Source: Alphaproteobacteria bacterium
Lineage (GTDB): Bacteria; Pseudomonadota; Alphaproteobacteria; UBA8317
Length of the DNA stretch: 64,000 nucleotides
Reading direction: 5' to 3'
NCBI GenBank assembly: GCA_038131935.1
Contig: JAYPQH010000027.1
Span: 19,376 to 83,375, forward strand
Positions 29,966 to 42,259 of the stretch are shown here, in pieces. The notes under the pieces were generated by a model. The model had not been told where the DNA came from and ran no database searches. It saw only the letters and a program-made list of their open reading frames with translations. Both the position numbers and the translations under genes were made by a program. The first letter of the stretch is position 1. Every line of letters begins with the position of its first letter.

Positions 29966-30442
29966 GTGGTTCTGTTCCTTTCGACTGTTACCAATAAGGT
30001 GGATAAGAAAGGGCGCGTGTCAGTGCCGGCTGGATTTCGCGCAAAATTAACAGAAGCAGGGTACCAATCTGTGGTCTGTTATGAGTCGCTTGGTGATCGA
30101 TCTTGTTTAGACGGATGTTCTTTGGACCGCATGGTGAAACTTGCTGAGGCATTTGACGCGATGGATCCTTTTGATGAGGAGCGTAATGCTTTTGCAGCCC
30201 ACATCCTTGGTGGATCCAAGGAATTGCCCATAGATGGTGATGGGCGAATTGTGTTGCCACAGGAGTTCATGGCCTTTGCTAGGATCACGACAGAGGCTTG
30301 TTTTGTGGGCTTGGGGCCGACATTTCAAGTCTGGAACCCAGACGATTTTGCTCGATATAGGGCTGATGCACGCAATTTGGCACGGTCCGCGCGTGGGCAT
30401 ATTCCTTGGCAAGGAAAAGTTGCTGCAAAAGGGGAAATGTAA
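29966..30442 (+). CDS. mraZ: Transcriptional regulator MraZ
   Basis: FLSTVTNKVDKKGRVSVPA and IDGDGRIVLP repeats, FQVWNP. The start may be GTG 29948 or 29966. Confidence 0.94.
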   Translation: MVLFLSTVTNKVDKKGRVSVPAGFRAKLTEAGYQSVVCYESLGDRSCLDGCSLDRMVKLAEAFDAMDPFDEERNAFAAHILGGSKELPIDGDGRIVLPQEFMAFARITTEACFVGLGPTFQVWNPDDFARYRADARNLARSARGHIPWQGKVAAKGEM

Positions 30443-31404
30443 TGCATATCCCTGTGCTTCTCCATGCGTTACTCGATGGGCTAGGCCCTTTGCAGGGAAA
30501 AGAAATATTTGATGGCACTTTTGGTGCAGGTGGGTATAGTCGCGCCTTTCTAGAAGCTGGTGCTGCTAAGGTCATGGCTTGTGATCAAGATGGGCATGTT
30601 AAGTCCATTGCCGCATGTCTGGCTGATGAATTTTCTGGGCGTTTGGAATTTTATCAAAGAAATTTTGCGGATGTTCAAGAATTTATCAGTGGTGAGCTTG
30701 ATGTCATGGTCGTTGATCTTGGTGTGTCTTCGATGCAGCTTGATCAAGCTGGGCGTGGTTTTTCATTTCAAAAAGATGGCCCTTTGGACATGCGCATGGG
30801 GCAGAAAGGTTCAAGTGCTGCAGATCTTGTCAATCATCTTCCTGCTGAAGAGTTGGCTGATATTCTCTATCGTTTCGGAGAAGAGCGTGCGAGTCGTCGT
30901 ATCGCAGCGGCAATTGTGAAAAGACGTGAACAGATTCCTTTGGAGCGAACGCTGGAATTGGCTGAGCTTGTCGCAACTGTGGTGCGAGGGCGACCTGGTC
31001 ATCATCCTGCTACGCGCACTTTTCAGGCTTTGCGCATTGCTGTGAATGGTGAATTTGATGCGCTTCAAAATTTTCTGATCGCATCGCAAGCGAAGCTTAG
31101 ACCTGGTGGTATTCTGGCTGTTGTTAGTTTTCATTCTTTGGAAGATCGCTTGGTCAAAACATTTTTGACAGCTTCAGCCAGCCGTCAGGCGGGGACTTCT
31201 CGTTATCAGCCAGATGTCCAGCGGGCTGAACCCGCTTTTGAACTTATGTCAAAAGCGATCAAGCCCAAAGCTGATGAGTTGCAAGCCAACCCAAGGGCAC
31301 GCTCAGCAATCTTACGGCTTGCAAAGCGGACAAAATCTCCCTGTTTGGTCCAGCCTACGCCGTTACATGAGGCGTTGAAAGGGCACTGGAGGGTTGCAGC
31401 ATGA
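30442..31404 (+). CDS. rsmH: 16S rRNA m4C1402 methyltransferase RsmH
   Basis: HIPVLL, DGTFGAGGYS, DLGVSSMQLD, GPLDMRM, FQALRIAVN, SFHSLEDR, NPRARSA. Confidence 0.97.
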   Translation: MHIPVLLHALLDGLGPLQGKEIFDGTFGAGGYSRAFLEAGAAKVMACDQDGHVKSIAACLADEFSGRLEFYQRNFADVQEFISGELDVMVVDLGVSSMQLDQAGRGFSFQKDGPLDMRMGQKGSSAADLVNHLPAEELADILYRFGEERASRRIAAAIVKRREQIPLERTLELAELVATVVRGRPGHHPATRTFQALRIAVNGEFDALQNFLIASQAKLRPGGILAVVSFHSLEDRLVKTFLTASASRQAGTSRYQPDVQRAEPAFELMSKAIKPKADELQANPRARSAILRLAKRTKSPCLVQPTPLHEALKGHWRVAA

Positions 31405-31757
31405 ATTTTCTCAACCTGTTCCTTGCGGTTTTGGCATCCATGGCAGCGTTACTAACCTATCAAATCAAAAATAAGGTGAGTGGACTCAATAGAGACATTG
31501 CTCGGATAGAGCGTTTGCTGGTTGTTGAACAGGAGCGTATAGAAGTTCAAAAAGCTGAATGGGCTTACCTCACGGCACCAGCAAGATTGGAAAAACTTGC
31601 TCGTGAGCATTTGGATCTCGATACCCCTGCAACTGCGCAATTGGCTCGGGTCAGTATGGTTCCGATGCGTCCTAAAAGATCGTCAAAAGGTACGCTTTTG
31701 CGTTTTCGTGACAGAGTTCCCTTTCCTGTTTCTCGTGCGCGATGGTACCGCCCATGA
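31401..31757 (+). CDS. ftsL: Cell division protein FtsL
   Basis: TM segment plus coiled coil, AEWAYLTAPARLEKLA. Lies between rsmH and ftsI. Confidence 0.88.
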   Translation: MNFLNLFLAVLASMAALLTYQIKNKVSGLNRDIARIERLLVVEQERIEVQKAEWAYLTAPARLEKLAREHLDLDTPATAQLARVSMVPMRPKRSSKGTLLRFRDRVPFPVSRARWYRP

Positions 31758-33400
31758 TTAAGGTGATGCGGCATATCAGGCTAGGTTCATTCAACCGACA
31801 GCAAAGAATTCCTAGTAGGCTTCAACTGTTTGCCTTTATGTTTTCTTTGATGTGCTTAATCCTTATGGTGAGAACTGTAGAAATAACGGTTTCGTCGCGA
31901 GGCAGTGAAATTGGTTTGGCGCTCTCGACCACAGAATATTCACCCAGGCGTGATATTGTTGACCGTCACGGTCGTGTTTTGGCCACATCTGTTCCTGTAG
32001 CCTCTCTTTATGCGGACCCCCACCATATTTTAGATCCTGTAGACGCTGCAGACAAACTTCATGGACTTTTCCCACATCTAGATAAGGTTGCCCTTGCGGC
32101 AGACCTAGCATCAAGAAAACGGTTTGTTTGGGTGGAGCGTAATCTTACACCAAAAATGCAGCAACGTGTGCGGGATTTATTTTTGCCAGGTTTGGGTTTT
32201 CAAAAAAATTATATGCGTATTTATCCACAAGGCCATCTTGCGGCCCATGTCTTGGGTTATGTCGGGTTGGACCAAGATGGCTTGGCGGGGGTGGAAAAAT
32301 ATTTTGACCAAGAACTGCGAGACACAAGCAGCCAAGAGCCATTGCAGTTAAGTCTTGATACTGGCCTGCAATATATCGTGGAGGCCGAACTCCAACATGG
32401 TATTGAAACATATAGCGCAAAATCTGGGGCTGGTGTCATTTTAGACGTCCACACCGGGGAAGTTTTGGCGCTAGCTTCCGCTCCATCGTTTGATTCCAAC
32501 CAGCCAGACCCAAGTTCTAGCCATGGTTTTAATCATGCCACACTTGGACGTTACGAACTTGGATCTGTTTTCAAACCGATCAATACAGCAATTGGTTTGG
32601 AATTAGGGGTTGTAACACCAAATACTCTTATAGATGCCCGGGAACCTATCAAAGTAGGGCGAACAAGAATTCGTGATTATCATGCTAAGAACAAATGGAT
32701 GACTGTTGCTGAAGTCTTAACCTATTCATCAAATATTGGATCGGTGAAAATCGCACAACTATTTGGGTCGCAATTGCAGCAAGCGTTTTTTAACAAATTA
32801 GGCTTGTTGAAGGCGCCAACAATTGAATTGCCTGAAGTAACAGGTCCTGATCTTCCCAATGATTGGGATAAGCCGCATGATTTTGCAAGGGTATCATTCG
32901 GGCATAGTTTTACTCTTTCACCGCTGCATTTCACCCAAGCGATGTTGCCACTATTTAACGGTGGCTTTGTGGTGCCAGCTTCACTTCGAAAGGGCGGGGA
33001 TATGGGGAACCGCGAGAGGGTTTTTTCAATCCGTACGACCCGGCAAATGCGGGCATTAATGCGGATGGTTGTTCTTCATGGATCTGGCCAGCGCGCAGAT
33101 GTAGATGGTTTAGGGGTGATTGGTAAAACGGGTACCGCAGAAAAATACAATAGCAATGGGCGTATATCCTCCTTTGTTGGCGCTTTCCCAGCGCAGGATC
33201 CAAGATTTGTTGTGTTTATGATGTTGAATGAGCCTAAAGGAACCAAAGAAACGCATGGTTTCGCGACCGCGGGCTGGGTTACAGCACCCTTGGTCCGTTC
33301 CGTTGTTGCAAAAACGGCATCCATGCTGCGAATTGAATCAAATTTTGCCGAGCCGAGCACTGCAGGAACTGCTATTTCTTATGCGAATGGCGGTGGATAA
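31754..33400 (+). CDS. ftsI: Penicillin-binding protein 3 FtsI
   Basis: RRDIVDRHG, RIYPQG, YELGSVFK (SxxK), SSN, GKTGT. Confidence 0.94.
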   Translation: MIKVMRHIRLGSFNRQQRIPSRLQLFAFMFSLMCLILMVRTVEITVSSRGSEIGLALSTTEYSPRRDIVDRHGRVLATSVPVASLYADPHHILDPVDAADKLHGLFPHLDKVALAADLASRKRFVWVERNLTPKMQQRVRDLFLPGLGFQKNYMRIYPQGHLAAHVLGYVGLDQDGLAGVEKYFDQELRDTSSQEPLQLSLDTGLQYIVEAELQHGIETYSAKSGAGVILDVHTGEVLALASAPSFDSNQPDPSSSHGFNHATLGRYELGSVFKPINTAIGLELGVVTPNTLIDAREPIKVGRTRIRDYHAKNKWMTVAEVLTYSSNIGSVKIAQLFGSQLQQAFFNKLGLLKAPTIELPEVTGPDLPNDWDKPHDFARVSFGHSFTLSPLHFTQAMLPLFNGGFVVPASLRKGGDMGNRERVFSIRTTRQMRALMRMVVLHGSGQRADVDGLGVIGKTGTAEKYNSNGRISSFVGAFPAQDPRFVVFMMLNEPKGTKETHGFATAGWVTAPLVRSVVAKTASMLRIESNFAEPSTAGTAISYANGGG

Positions 33401-34857
33401 TGGATGTTCATAGCTTTGTTTCCACATTAAAAAAAGGTGGTGTGGAATGCGAGGTCAGAGGAGATGATCACCTCATCTTAGAGGGCATCGCTGCCGATAC
33501 CCGCTCTATGTTGGGTGTAAATATGTTCGTGGCTATTCCTGGATTGCGCTTTAATCCATTGGATTCACTGGATGCGATGTTTGCGGCTGGTATTCGTATT
33601 ATTTTGTCCTCCCATTACGTTGACGATGATCGTTTTACTTGGATTCTTGCGCCCTCTGACATCGGGCTTCTGAGCGCAGCAGCAGAGATTTGTTACCCTG
33701 AAAAGCCTCAGGTGATGGTGGGTGTGACGGGAACAAATGGCAAAACAACCGTGGTAGAGTTGATGCGTCAGTTGTGGGTTGGCCAAGGTATAAATGCGGC
33801 TTCATTAGGTACGTTGGGTCTTTGCGTTGCTGATCATGTGCCTGTACCTGGGCTTACAACACCTGATGCGTTGACACTTCGGCAAACTTTTCAAGAACTT
33901 GTCGCCCGTTCGGTATCACACCTAGCCATGGAAGTATCTAGTCATGGTTTGGATCAGGGACGTGTATCTGGGTTATGCTTTCAAGCTTCTGTTTTTACAA
34001 ATTTATCCCAAGATCATTTGGATTATCATCATGACATGGCGCAATATCTTGAAGCTAAGTTGCGCTTGTTGCGAGAGCATACCCAGGAAAATGCTTTGAT
34101 TGTAACGGCCACCACTGGGTCTGTAGCTGCAAAGCTATCGGATGTCGCAAACAATGCAGGTCTCAGATTATGGAATTTACATGAACAAGATGAAAGAATG
34201 GGGTTTCGTACATATGGCCATTATTCGAATGGGACAGAAATTGAAATTCGTTTTGCAGGAAACATTTCGCGTGTTCTTGTGCCTTTTCTCCCTGGCTATC
34301 AATGTGAAAACCTCGCGCTAGCTGCAGCTTCATTGCTTGATTTGGGATTTCCTTTTGATGGAATGATGCAACTTTTACCATCGTTGAAGACCGCAAATGG
34401 TAGGCTTGAATATGTGGGTAAAACCCAAAGTGGTGGACAGGTATTTGTCGATTTTGCACATACAGCTGATGCATTAGAGAAGGTCCTTAAGACCCTTCGG
34501 GCAACAGAGAAATTCAAAAAAATTGGCCTTGTTTTTGGATGTGGTGGCAACCGTGATCAAGGCAAACGCCCACTTATGGGAAAGGTAGCGGGTGACTTGG
34601 CAGATTTTGTGATCATCACAGATGATAACCCCCGACATGAAGATCCTCACAAGATCAGGCAAGAGATCGCTGTTTCATGTCCATCAGCTCAAATATGTGC
34701 AGATAGAAAGCAAGCCATTAGAGAAGGGTTAGATCAATTAGGCGCACAAGATGCCCTTCTGATTGCAGGAAAAGGGCATGAAACAGGCCAAATTTATGGG
34801 TCTGAATGCTTTCCGTTTAGCGACAAGGAGGTGGCGAGCCAATGGTTAGAGTCGTAA
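33400..34857 (+). CDS. murE: UDP-MurNAc-tripeptide ligase MurE
   Basis: GVTGTNGKTT, MEVSSHGLDQ, TNLSQDHLDYH, DFAHT, DDNPR (meso-DAP type), AGKGHE. Confidence 0.96.
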   Translation: MDVHSFVSTLKKGGVECEVRGDDHLILEGIAADTRSMLGVNMFVAIPGLRFNPLDSLDAMFAAGIRIILSSHYVDDDRFTWILAPSDIGLLSAAAEICYPEKPQVMVGVTGTNGKTTVVELMRQLWVGQGINAASLGTLGLCVADHVPVPGLTTPDALTLRQTFQELVARSVSHLAMEVSSHGLDQGRVSGLCFQASVFTNLSQDHLDYHHDMAQYLEAKLRLLREHTQENALIVTATTGSVAAKLSDVANNAGLRLWNLHEQDERMGFRTYGHYSNGTEIEIRFAGNISRVLVPFLPGYQCENLALAAASLLDLGFPFDGMMQLLPSLKTANGRLEYVGKTQSGGQVFVDFAHTADALEKVLKTLRATEKFKKIGLVFGCGGNRDQGKRPLMGKVAGDLADFVIITDDNPRHEDPHKIRQEIAVSCPSAQICADRKQAIREGLDQLGAQDALLIAGKGHETGQIYGSECFPFSDKEVASQWLES

Positions 34858-36245
34858 GTGAGCCGCAGACAGAAATATGGTCGCTGAGGCAGATTGCACA
34901 GATTGTTGGCGGAGAATTATGTGGCGAAGATCAAAAGCTATTTCATATCACCCAAGATAGTCGTTCATGTCAGAAGGGTAGCTTTTTTATACCTATTCAA
35001 GAACGTCGAGATGGTCATGATTTCGCTCAAGACGCTTTTGCGCGTGGTGCCGTGGGGGCCTTTTGGTCCTCCGACAAACCATGGCCTGATGGAATGTCTG
35101 TGGTGCGGGTTGATGATAGTTTTCAAGCTCTCAAGCAGCTCGCGCAAGCATCTGTTAACCGTCATAAAGGCCTGCGTATTGCCATTACAGGTAGTGTCGG
35201 AAAAACCACCACAAAAGACATGATGGCATTTTTGCTCAGCCCGTTTGTGAATGTCTATGCTGCGGATAAGTCTTTTAATAATCACCTTGGTGTTCCCTTG
35301 AGTTTGGTCAATATGCCTGTCTCAGCAAAATGTGCTATTTTTGAACTTGGAATGAATCACGCTGGTGAAATTAGACCTTTGGCAGAGATGGTGAAGCCGC
35401 AATTTGGGCTGGTGACCATGATTGCACCAGCTCATATTGAGCAATTAGGTAGCCTTGAGGGAATCGCGAGAGAGAAACGTGAAATATTCGCCCCCCTGCA
35501 AAGGTCAGATCTTGCTTTTGTTCCCATCGACAGTCCTATGTGTGAAATTTTACAAGAAAATATTACCTCGCAGATGGTAACTTTTGGGTCTTCGGCAGAA
35601 GCTGTCTATCAATGTGTCCCAGCCCACACACATCATGGAAAAATGTCAGTGACCATAAGACAGCCAGGGCATACAACAACATGCCAACTTGAATTTATGG
35701 CGCCTCACCTTTGTGGATCCATTGCTGCGGCCATGGCGGTGGGGGATCAATTAAAGATAGAATTTAAAAGTTTGGTGGACCGTTTGGTCCGGTTTTCGTT
35801 ACCTAAGGGGCGAGGTCGTGTTCATAAACTGGAAGCACCTGTCCCGTTCGTTCTGATTGATGATGCTTATAACGCCAACCCTAGTTCTCTGCATGCAGCT
35901 ATGGATGTTTTGTCCCTTTATGAGGGAAGAAAAATTGTTGTCTTTGGCGATATGTTAGAGCTTGGTGAGGCAACACAAGATGCACATACCGATGCCGTTC
36001 GACGAATCGCCAAAGATGGTATCGATATAGCTTTATTGCTTGGAAGTCATTTTGCGGAGGCTGCGATGAAACTGGGAATGCAAATGGTAAATGTCTGCGC
36101 TGATCCTCATCATGCATGGAAATGGCTCGAAGGAAATCTTGAACCTCAAGATGTGGTTTTGATCAAGGGCTCTCATGCGAGCAATGTGCATGAAGTGGTT
36201 GATCACTTTATCAATCCATCTTCCCGCACAGGTTTGGTGTCATGA
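34842..36245 (+). CDS. murF: UDP-MurNAc-tripeptide--D-Ala-D-Ala ligase MurF
   Basis: [52 protein letters not shown]. Confidence 0.96.
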   Translation: MVRVVSEPQTEIWSLRQIAQIVGGELCGEDQKLFHITQDSRSCQKGSFFIPIQERRDGHDFAQDAFARGAVGAFWSSDKPWPDGMSVVRVDDSFQALKQLAQASVNRHKGLRIAITGSVGKTTTKDMMAFLLSPFVNVYAADKSFNNHLGVPLSLVNMPVSAKCAIFELGMNHAGEIRPLAEMVKPQFGLVTMIAPAHIEQLGSLEGIAREKREIFAPLQRSDLAFVPIDSPMCEILQENITSQMVTFGSSAEAVYQCVPAHTHHGKMSVTIRQPGHTTTCQLEFMAPHLCGSIAAAMAVGDQLKIEFKSLVDRLVRFSLPKGRGRVHKLEAPVPFVLIDDAYNANPSSLHAAMDVLSLYEGRKIVVFGDMLELGEATQDAHTDAVRRIAKDGIDIALLLGSHFAEAAMKLGMQMVNVCADPHHAWKWLEGNLEPQDVVLIKGSHASNVHEVVDHFINPSSRTGLVS

Positions 36246-37330
36246 TACCTGAATTGTTTTTGCCGTGGGCATCAGAGTTCGGTGCTTTTAACGTATTGCG
36301 TTACATCACATTTCGCACTGGTGGTGCCATTATAACAGCATTGGTGATGAGTTTTGTGCTTGGTCCCTTTTTGATCAACATACTTCGCATGAAGCAAGGT
36401 AAGGGGCAACCCATCCGTGAGGATGGACCCCAGCGTCATATTGTTGAAAAACAAGGAACGCCAACAATGGGCGGCTTACTCATACTGGCCAGCGCCCTGT
36501 CTGCAACCCTGTTGTGGACGAATTTGTCGAATCCTTATGTTTGGGTTGTGATGCTGGTTACCCTTGCCTTTGGCCTTTTGGGTTTTGTGGATGATTATCA
36601 GAAAGTAACCAAAAGACATGCGGGTGGGCTTTCTGGTCGTTTGCGACTCTTCATCGGTGCTTGTGTTTCCGTATTGGCAGCAATCGTGGTGGTATATTTG
36701 GCACCTGAAGAATTATCCCAGCAATTGGCGCTACCATTTTTTAAGGATAGTTTGGTTCCATTAGGGGTAGGCTTCTATTTCTTTGCAATTCTGGTCATCA
36801 TGGGGTCAGCCAACGCTGTGAACCTCACTGATGGTTTGGACGGTTTGGCAATCGTGCCTGTGATGATTGCAGCGGCTAGTTTTGGTATCATTAGCTATTT
36901 GGTTGGTAATGTTATCTTTGCAGGATACTTGCAAGTCCATTATGTCCCAGGTGCTGGAGAATTGGCCGTTTTCTGTGGAGCACTCATTGGAGCTGGGCTT
37001 GGATTTCTTTGGTTCAACGCTCCCCCTGCGATGATTTTTATGGGTGATACAGGATCGCTTGCCTTAGGTGGTGCGCTTGGCGCTATTGCTGTTGTCACAC
37101 GTCATGAAATCGTTCTTGCCGTTATTGGAGGCTTGTTTGTGCTTGAGGCTGTATCCGTGATGGTACAGGTGGCTAGTTTCAAATTGACGGGCAAGCGGGT
37201 TTTACGGATGGCTCCTATCCACCATCATTTTGAACAATTGGGTTGGAAAGAACCCACGATTGTGATCCGGTTTTGGATCATTGCTGTCATTTTGGCCCTC
37301 ATCGGTCTGTCTACCTTGAAGTTACGCTGA
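36242..37330 (+). CDS. mraY: Phospho-MurNAc-pentapeptide transferase MraY
   Basis: [41 protein letters not shown]. Confidence 0.97.
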   Translation: MIPELFLPWASEFGAFNVLRYITFRTGGAIITALVMSFVLGPFLINILRMKQGKGQPIREDGPQRHIVEKQGTPTMGGLLILASALSATLLWTNLSNPYVWVVMLVTLAFGLLGFVDDYQKVTKRHAGGLSGRLRLFIGACVSVLAAIVVVYLAPEELSQQLALPFFKDSLVPLGVGFYFFAILVIMGSANAVNLTDGLDGLAIVPVMIAAASFGIISYLVGNVIFAGYLQVHYVPGAGELAVFCGALIGAGLGFLWFNAPPAMIFMGDTGSLALGGALGAIAVVTRHEIVLAVIGGLFVLEAVSVMVQVASFKLTGKRVLRMAPIHHHFEQLGWKEPTIVIRFWIIAVILALIGLSTLKLR

Positions 37331-38715
37331 TGGAAACAGATCCTCTTCATGACCAAAGATTTTATGTTTATGGACTAGGGGCTTCGGGTCTTGCGGTCGC
37401 AGACCATCTTAAAAGCAAGGGGGCGCGAGTATGGACGGGAGATGACGGTCCTGCCCGTCATCCTGCGTTACCCTTTGTGCCGTCTGATGAGGTTGATTGG
37501 GCAAAAGTAGACGTCTTGGTGCCTGCGCCTGGTCTCCCACATAGCCATCACGTGGTACAACAGGCACTGCAGCAGAATATAGCCGTCTTGGGTGAGTGTG
37601 AAATTTACGCTTGGTCACTGTTGCTCAGTGACCGGGCGCCAAGAGTGGTGGCGGTAACGGGAACCAATGGCAAATCAACGGTAACCGCGTTGATCGCGCA
37701 TATCCTCAATAATGAGGAAAATAAGGTCGTCGCTGGTGGCAATCTTGGTGTGCCATTGCTTAAGTTGGATATGGGTGCTGATATCCACGTGGTAGAATTA
37801 TCTTCTTTCCAATTGGACTTGCAGACCAGTTTCGCCGCTGACGTCGCTGTATTGACGAATTTAGGTGTAGATCACCTCGATCGGCATGGTACGGTCGAAC
37901 GTTATCATCAAGCCAAATTGACCTTGTTCCAGCAAACAGGAATGCAGGGGGGGCGATTGGTGCTTCCTTCTCAGGATTTGCCATCGCTTGGTTGGGTGGA
38001 GGAAGGGAAACTATCTCCAGTGGGATGTTTTTATGTGGGCGAGGGACATCCTCAATCCGCACTCTATTTTGATGGCGATTGTCTTGTTCACCAAGGTCGT
38101 TCTTTACCTGTGGTGATCCCTTTAAGCCTCAAGGGTGAGCACAACAAACAAAATATTCTTAACGCTTTGGCGGCTGGTTTGTGTCTTGGATATGACTTGG
38201 AGCGCTTGTTGGTAAAGTTGGCCAGCTTTCCAGGGTTGGAGCATAGGTTGGAATATCTTGGTGCAAAGCGCGGTGTCCAATTTGTGAATGATTCCAAGGC
38301 AACCAATGCCACATCAGCATGTTGGGCCTTGCGTGCATGGCCAAATGCATATTGGCTGGTAGGCGGACTGGCCAAAAAAGAAGATTATCAACCTCTGGTT
38401 GATGTCGCACGGGACATGCATGCGCGGGCATTTTGTTTTGGTCATGATGGCGCAATGTTGGCAGGATTGTTGGATGGCTCTGTTCCAACACGGTTGTGTG
38501 ATACATTGGACGAGGCATTCAAACTTGCGACACAACAGGCCATTTGTGATGGCGGTGGCGTCGTGTTGCTGGCGCCAGGATGTGCCTCCTTTGATGCGTT
38601 TGAGCATTTCGCACATCGAGGCCAATTCTTCAAAGACTTGGTAAGGGGGAAACATGGTAAGCGTTTTATCTCGTGCTCAAGATGGTATGCTCGCCAAATG
38701 GTGGTGGTCTGTTGA
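37330..38715 (+). CDS. murD: UDP-MurNAc-L-Ala--D-Glu ligase MurD
   Basis: GLGASG, VTGTNGKST, GGNLG, ELSSFQL, DHLDRH, NDSKATN, LAPGCASFD. The 62-nt overlap with ftsW may reflect a missing G in GGGGG near 38646. Confidence 0.95.
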   Translation: METDPLHDQRFYVYGLGASGLAVADHLKSKGARVWTGDDGPARHPALPFVPSDEVDWAKVDVLVPAPGLPHSHHVVQQALQQNIAVLGECEIYAWSLLLSDRAPRVVAVTGTNGKSTVTALIAHILNNEENKVVAGGNLGVPLLKLDMGADIHVVELSSFQLDLQTSFAADVAVLTNLGVDHLDRHGTVERYHQAKLTLFQQTGMQGGRLVLPSQDLPSLGWVEEGKLSPVGCFYVGEGHPQSALYFDGDCLVHQGRSLPVVIPLSLKGEHNKQNILNALAAGLCLGYDLERLLVKLASFPGLEHRLEYLGAKRGVQFVNDSKATNATSACWALRAWPNAYWLVGGLAKKEDYQPLVDVARDMHARAFCFGHDGAMLAGLLDGSVPTRLCDTLDEAFKLATQQAICDGGGVVLLAPGCASFDAFEHFAHRGQFFKDLVRGKHGKRFISCSRWYARQMVVVC

Positions 38716-39783
38716 CCGCTGGGGTTTGGCTGGAATTATTTTTCTGATGGTATTGGGGCTAATCATGGGATTGGCAGCATCTCCCTCTATTGCACAGCAA
38801 AAGGGGTTGCCTGAATATTTCTTTTTTCAGCGGCAACTTATTTTTGCATTCCTCGGGCTGTTTGTGATGTTGGTCTGTTCCTTACTGTCACCTGTAGGTG
38901 TACGCCGTTTAGGTTATGCACTGCTTGGCATATTTGGCTTGGCGTTGATTTTAACATTGCTCACGGGAAGTGAGATCAAAGGGGCGCGCCGATGGCTAAA
39001 TCTTGGTTTTTTATCCTTGCAGCCTTCTGAATTTATTAAGCCGGCGTTAATTATTATTTCGGCTGATCTCATGAGTAGAACCCAAAAGTCTGGGGACGGG
39101 TTGATCCCACTTTGGTATCGCTTATGGGGCTTGTAGCTTGTGCACTTTTGCTCATGATGCAGCCTGATATTGGGCAAATGGTGCTGATAAGTTCAGCATG
39201 GGTAGGGCTTCTATTTTTATCTGGTGTTCGTTTGGTATGGGCCGGTTTGATGCTGCCAGTTGGTGGGCTGGTTATTTCATTTGCTTACTTGATGTTTGAT
39301 CATGTGCAAAAACGAATTGATGCCTTTTTAGACCCTGTTCATGTTGGCAATTTTCAGGTTAACCGCGCTTTAGATGCGGCAGCTCATGGTGGTTGGTTTG
39401 GTGTGGGGCCAGGTGAGGGTATCCTCAAATTAAGTTTGCCCGACGCGCATACAGATTTTATTTTTGCTGTTGCACTTGAGGAATTTGGCTTCTTGGCATG
39501 CATGCTGATTGTTGGCAGCTTTGCGTTGATTGTTTTGCGTTCAGTCTATCGCGCAAGCAGCACGCAGGGTGTGTTTACGCAGCTTGCCGTGGGAGGCTTA
39601 TCATTGCTGATTGGATTGCAAGCGTTTTTAAACATGGCCGTGAACCTGGGTATGTTGCCTGCCACAGGTATGACCTTGCCATTTATTTCTTATGGCGGAA
39701 CCAGCTTGCTCGCATCAGCAATTTCCGTAGGCCTACTCTTGGCTTTAACCAGACGACGTCCTGGTTTTGTGGAGCCTATTTGA
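38654..39783 (+). CDS. ftsW: Cell division SEDS protein FtsW (frameshift near 39080-39112, probably a sequencing error)
   Basis: GARRW, LQPSEFIKP, QPDIG, LPDAHTDFIF, EEFG, GMTLPFISYGGTS, spread over two frames. Confidence 0.93.
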
Positions 39784-40859
39784 TGACGCGTCCTATTTGT
39801 TTGGTGGCTGGAGGGACAGGTGGTCATGTATTCCCAGCAGCAGCAACTGCTGATGCGTTGAAAAAGCGTGGAGCCAACGTTGTTTTTTTAACAGATCAAC
39901 GAGGCAAGGTATATTTTTCGCCCAGGGATGATAATGTTGTTACCCTATCAGCCGCAACCCCAACTGGCCGATCTGGAATAAAGCGATGGCTAGCTTATAC
40001 AGGGGTGGTTTGGGCGATGTTACAAAGTTTTCTGGTTTTTTTGCGATTTCGCCCAATGCTCGTCGTAGGATTTGGAGGTTATCCATCATTCGCACCCTGC
40101 AAAGCTGCTCAAATCATGGGAATACCAACAGTCCTTCACGAGCAGAACGCGGTATTGGGGCGGGCCAATCGCTCTTTGTTCTCATCAGCTCATGCCCTGG
40201 CTGTATCGTTTGAAGATACGATTGGACTAACAAGGCGTGAGAAAATTCATGTTACAGGAAACCCTGTACGCTATACACCTATACCTAAGTCCAGACAAAC
40301 AAAGGGTGCCCTGACCTTGTCTATCTTTGCAGGCTCACAAGGCGCTCAGTTTTTTGGCTTGCCTCTAGCACAATGCTTGCTCCCTCTTCTTGAGCCCTTT
40401 TCAGCCAAACTTTTCGTTAACCATCAAGTGCGATCAGAAGATTGCGCGGACGTCATCAAGCTGTACCAAAAATATAATATCCGGGCAGATATAGCGCCTT
40501 TTTTTGATGATTTGCCACAGCGCCTTCATGACACAGATTTTGCAATTTGCCGTTCTGGCGCATCAACGGTCGCTGAATTGGCCAATCACCAAGTGCCCGC
40601 GCTACTGATCCCGTTGCCTGGTGGTTTGGACGCGCAGCAGGCAGAAAATGCAAAGTTGCTTATGGCTTCAGGTGGTGCACGTTTGTTGGAACAAGATCAG
40701 GTGCAAACAAAGACATTAGAGGCCAATCTTCATGACTGGCTAAATGACCCCTCTTCCATACATGCCGCGTCTGAGGCCTTGAGTGGATTGGCTCGTCCAT
40801 CCGCCGCTGATGATCTCGCTGATATTATATTCGCAACCATAAGGATGTCTCATGAATAG
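39783..40859 (+). CDS. murG: Undecaprenyl-PP-MurNAc-pentapeptide GlcNAc transferase MurG
   Basis: [43 protein letters not shown]. Confidence 0.96.
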   Translation: MTRPICLVAGGTGGHVFPAAATADALKKRGANVVFLTDQRGKVYFSPRDDNVVTLSAATPTGRSGIKRWLAYTGVVWAMLQSFLVFLRFRPMLVVGFGGYPSFAPCKAAQIMGIPTVLHEQNAVLGRANRSLFSSAHALAVSFEDTIGLTRREKIHVTGNPVRYTPIPKSRQTKGALTLSIFAGSQGAQFFGLPLAQCLLPLLEPFSAKLFVNHQVRSEDCADVIKLYQKYNIRADIAPFFDDLPQRLHDTDFAICRSGASTVAELANHQVPALLIPLPGGLDAQQAENAKLLMASGGARLLEQDQVQTKTLEANLHDWLNDPSSIHAASEALSGLARPSAADDLADIIFATIRMSHE

Positions 40860-42258
40860 TTTTTCGTTGGAAATTGGTATTATTCATTTTGTGGGAATAG
40901 GCGGCATTGGCATGTCTGGTATTGCTGAGGTTATGCATAACCTTGGGTATAAGGTGCAGGGTTCCGATATCGCTGAAGGGGCCAATGTACAACGGTTGCA
41001 AGCTATGGGCATCAATGTTTTTATAGGTCAGCGTCGGGAACATATTACAGATGCATCCGTGGTTGTGGTGTCCTCTGCAATCACCAAAGATAATCTTGAA
41101 CTACAAGAGGCGAGGGCGCGTTTTATTCCGGTGGTGCGTCGCGCTGAAATGCTGGCTGAGTTGATGCGATTGCGTTCGGCGATTGCTGTTGGTGGGACCC
41201 ATGGGAAAACCACAACGACATCCATGGTTGCCACGCTTCTTGATGGTGGTGGACTTGATCCTACCGTCATCAATGGGGGTATTATCAATGCTTATGGAAC
41301 CAACGCACGTCTTGGCGAAGGCGCGTGGGTTGTGGCTGAGGCTGATGAATCCGATGGAACTTTTATCAAGTTACCTGCCACCATCGCTGTTGTAACCAAT
41401 ATTGATCCTGAACATTTGGATCATTATGGAAGTTTTGATCGCATGCGCTTGGCTTTTCAACAATTTGTTGAAAATGTACCCTTTTATGGTTGTGCTGTGA
41501 TGTGCACTGACCACCCAGAGGTCATCAAGTTGGTTGGTAGTGTCACCGACAGGCGTATCGTAACCTATGGTTTTAACCCACAAGCTGACGTACGCGCCAT
41601 GAATGCACAATGGAAAAACGACATCATGACCTTTGACGTTGTGCTGGCGGACCGACGCCGCAAAACACAGATGCGTCTGGATGGTCTGGGAATTCCCATG
41701 CCCGGCTTGCATAATGTGCAAAATGCATTGGCTGCCATTGCAGTGGCATGTGAATTGGGAATCTCTCATGAAAATATTCGATCCTCCTTATCTGGGTTCG
41801 GTGGTGTTAACCGTCGTTTCACGAAGGTAGGTGTGTGGAATAATGTTGCGATCATTGATGATTACGGCCATCACCCCGTTGAGATTTCGTCTGTATTATT
41901 GGCAGCCCGGCAAGCATCCCAAGGGCGTGTTATTGCGGTTGTTCAGCCTCATCGCTATTCGCGACTGGCAGCCCTTTTCGAGGATTTTTGTATTTCTTTA
42001 TCAGAAGCAGATGAGGTTATTGTGGCTGATGTTTACCCAGCAGGTGAAGATCCTATTGCTGGTGCAAGTCGTGATGATTTGGTGTTTGCCTTGGAGAGTC
42101 GAGGGCATCGCTCCGTGGTGGGTTTAGAGGATGCTGAAGATCTACCCGCACTTATTCGCGCTCGGGCTCGTCCTGGCGATTTGGTGATTTTTTTGGGTGC
42201 AGGTTCTATCACGCAATGGGCAAAGGCGCTTCCTGGACAACTTGCAGCGGGCAGTTGA
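40852..42258 (+). CDS. murC: UDP-MurNAc--L-Ala ligase MurC
   Basis: [42 protein letters not shown]. Confidence 0.97.
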   Translation: MNSFSLEIGIIHFVGIGGIGMSGIAEVMHNLGYKVQGSDIAEGANVQRLQAMGINVFIGQRREHITDASVVVVSSAITKDNLELQEARARFIPVVRRAEMLAELMRLRSAIAVGGTHGKTTTTSMVATLLDGGGLDPTVINGGIINAYGTNARLGEGAWVVAEADESDGTFIKLPATIAVVTNIDPEHLDHYGSFDRMRLAFQQFVENVPFYGCAVMCTDHPEVIKLVGSVTDRRIVTYGFNPQADVRAMNAQWKNDIMTFDVVLADRRRKTQMRLDGLGIPMPGLHNVQNALAAIAVACELGISHENIRSSLSGFGGVNRRFTKVGVWNNVAIIDDYGHHPVEISSVLLAARQASQGRVIAVVQPHRYSRLAALFEDFCISLSEADEVIVADVYPAGEDPIAGASRDDLVFALESRGHRSVVGLEDAEDLPALIRARARPGDLVIFLGAGSITQWAKALPGQLAAGS

Positions 42259-42259
42259 T

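Noticed and set aside
38654-38715. Genuine C-terminal extension of MurD overlapping ftsW by 62 nt
   Set aside because: One extra G in the GGGGG run gives VRGETW-stop with a normal short overlap, so it is probably another homopolymer error.
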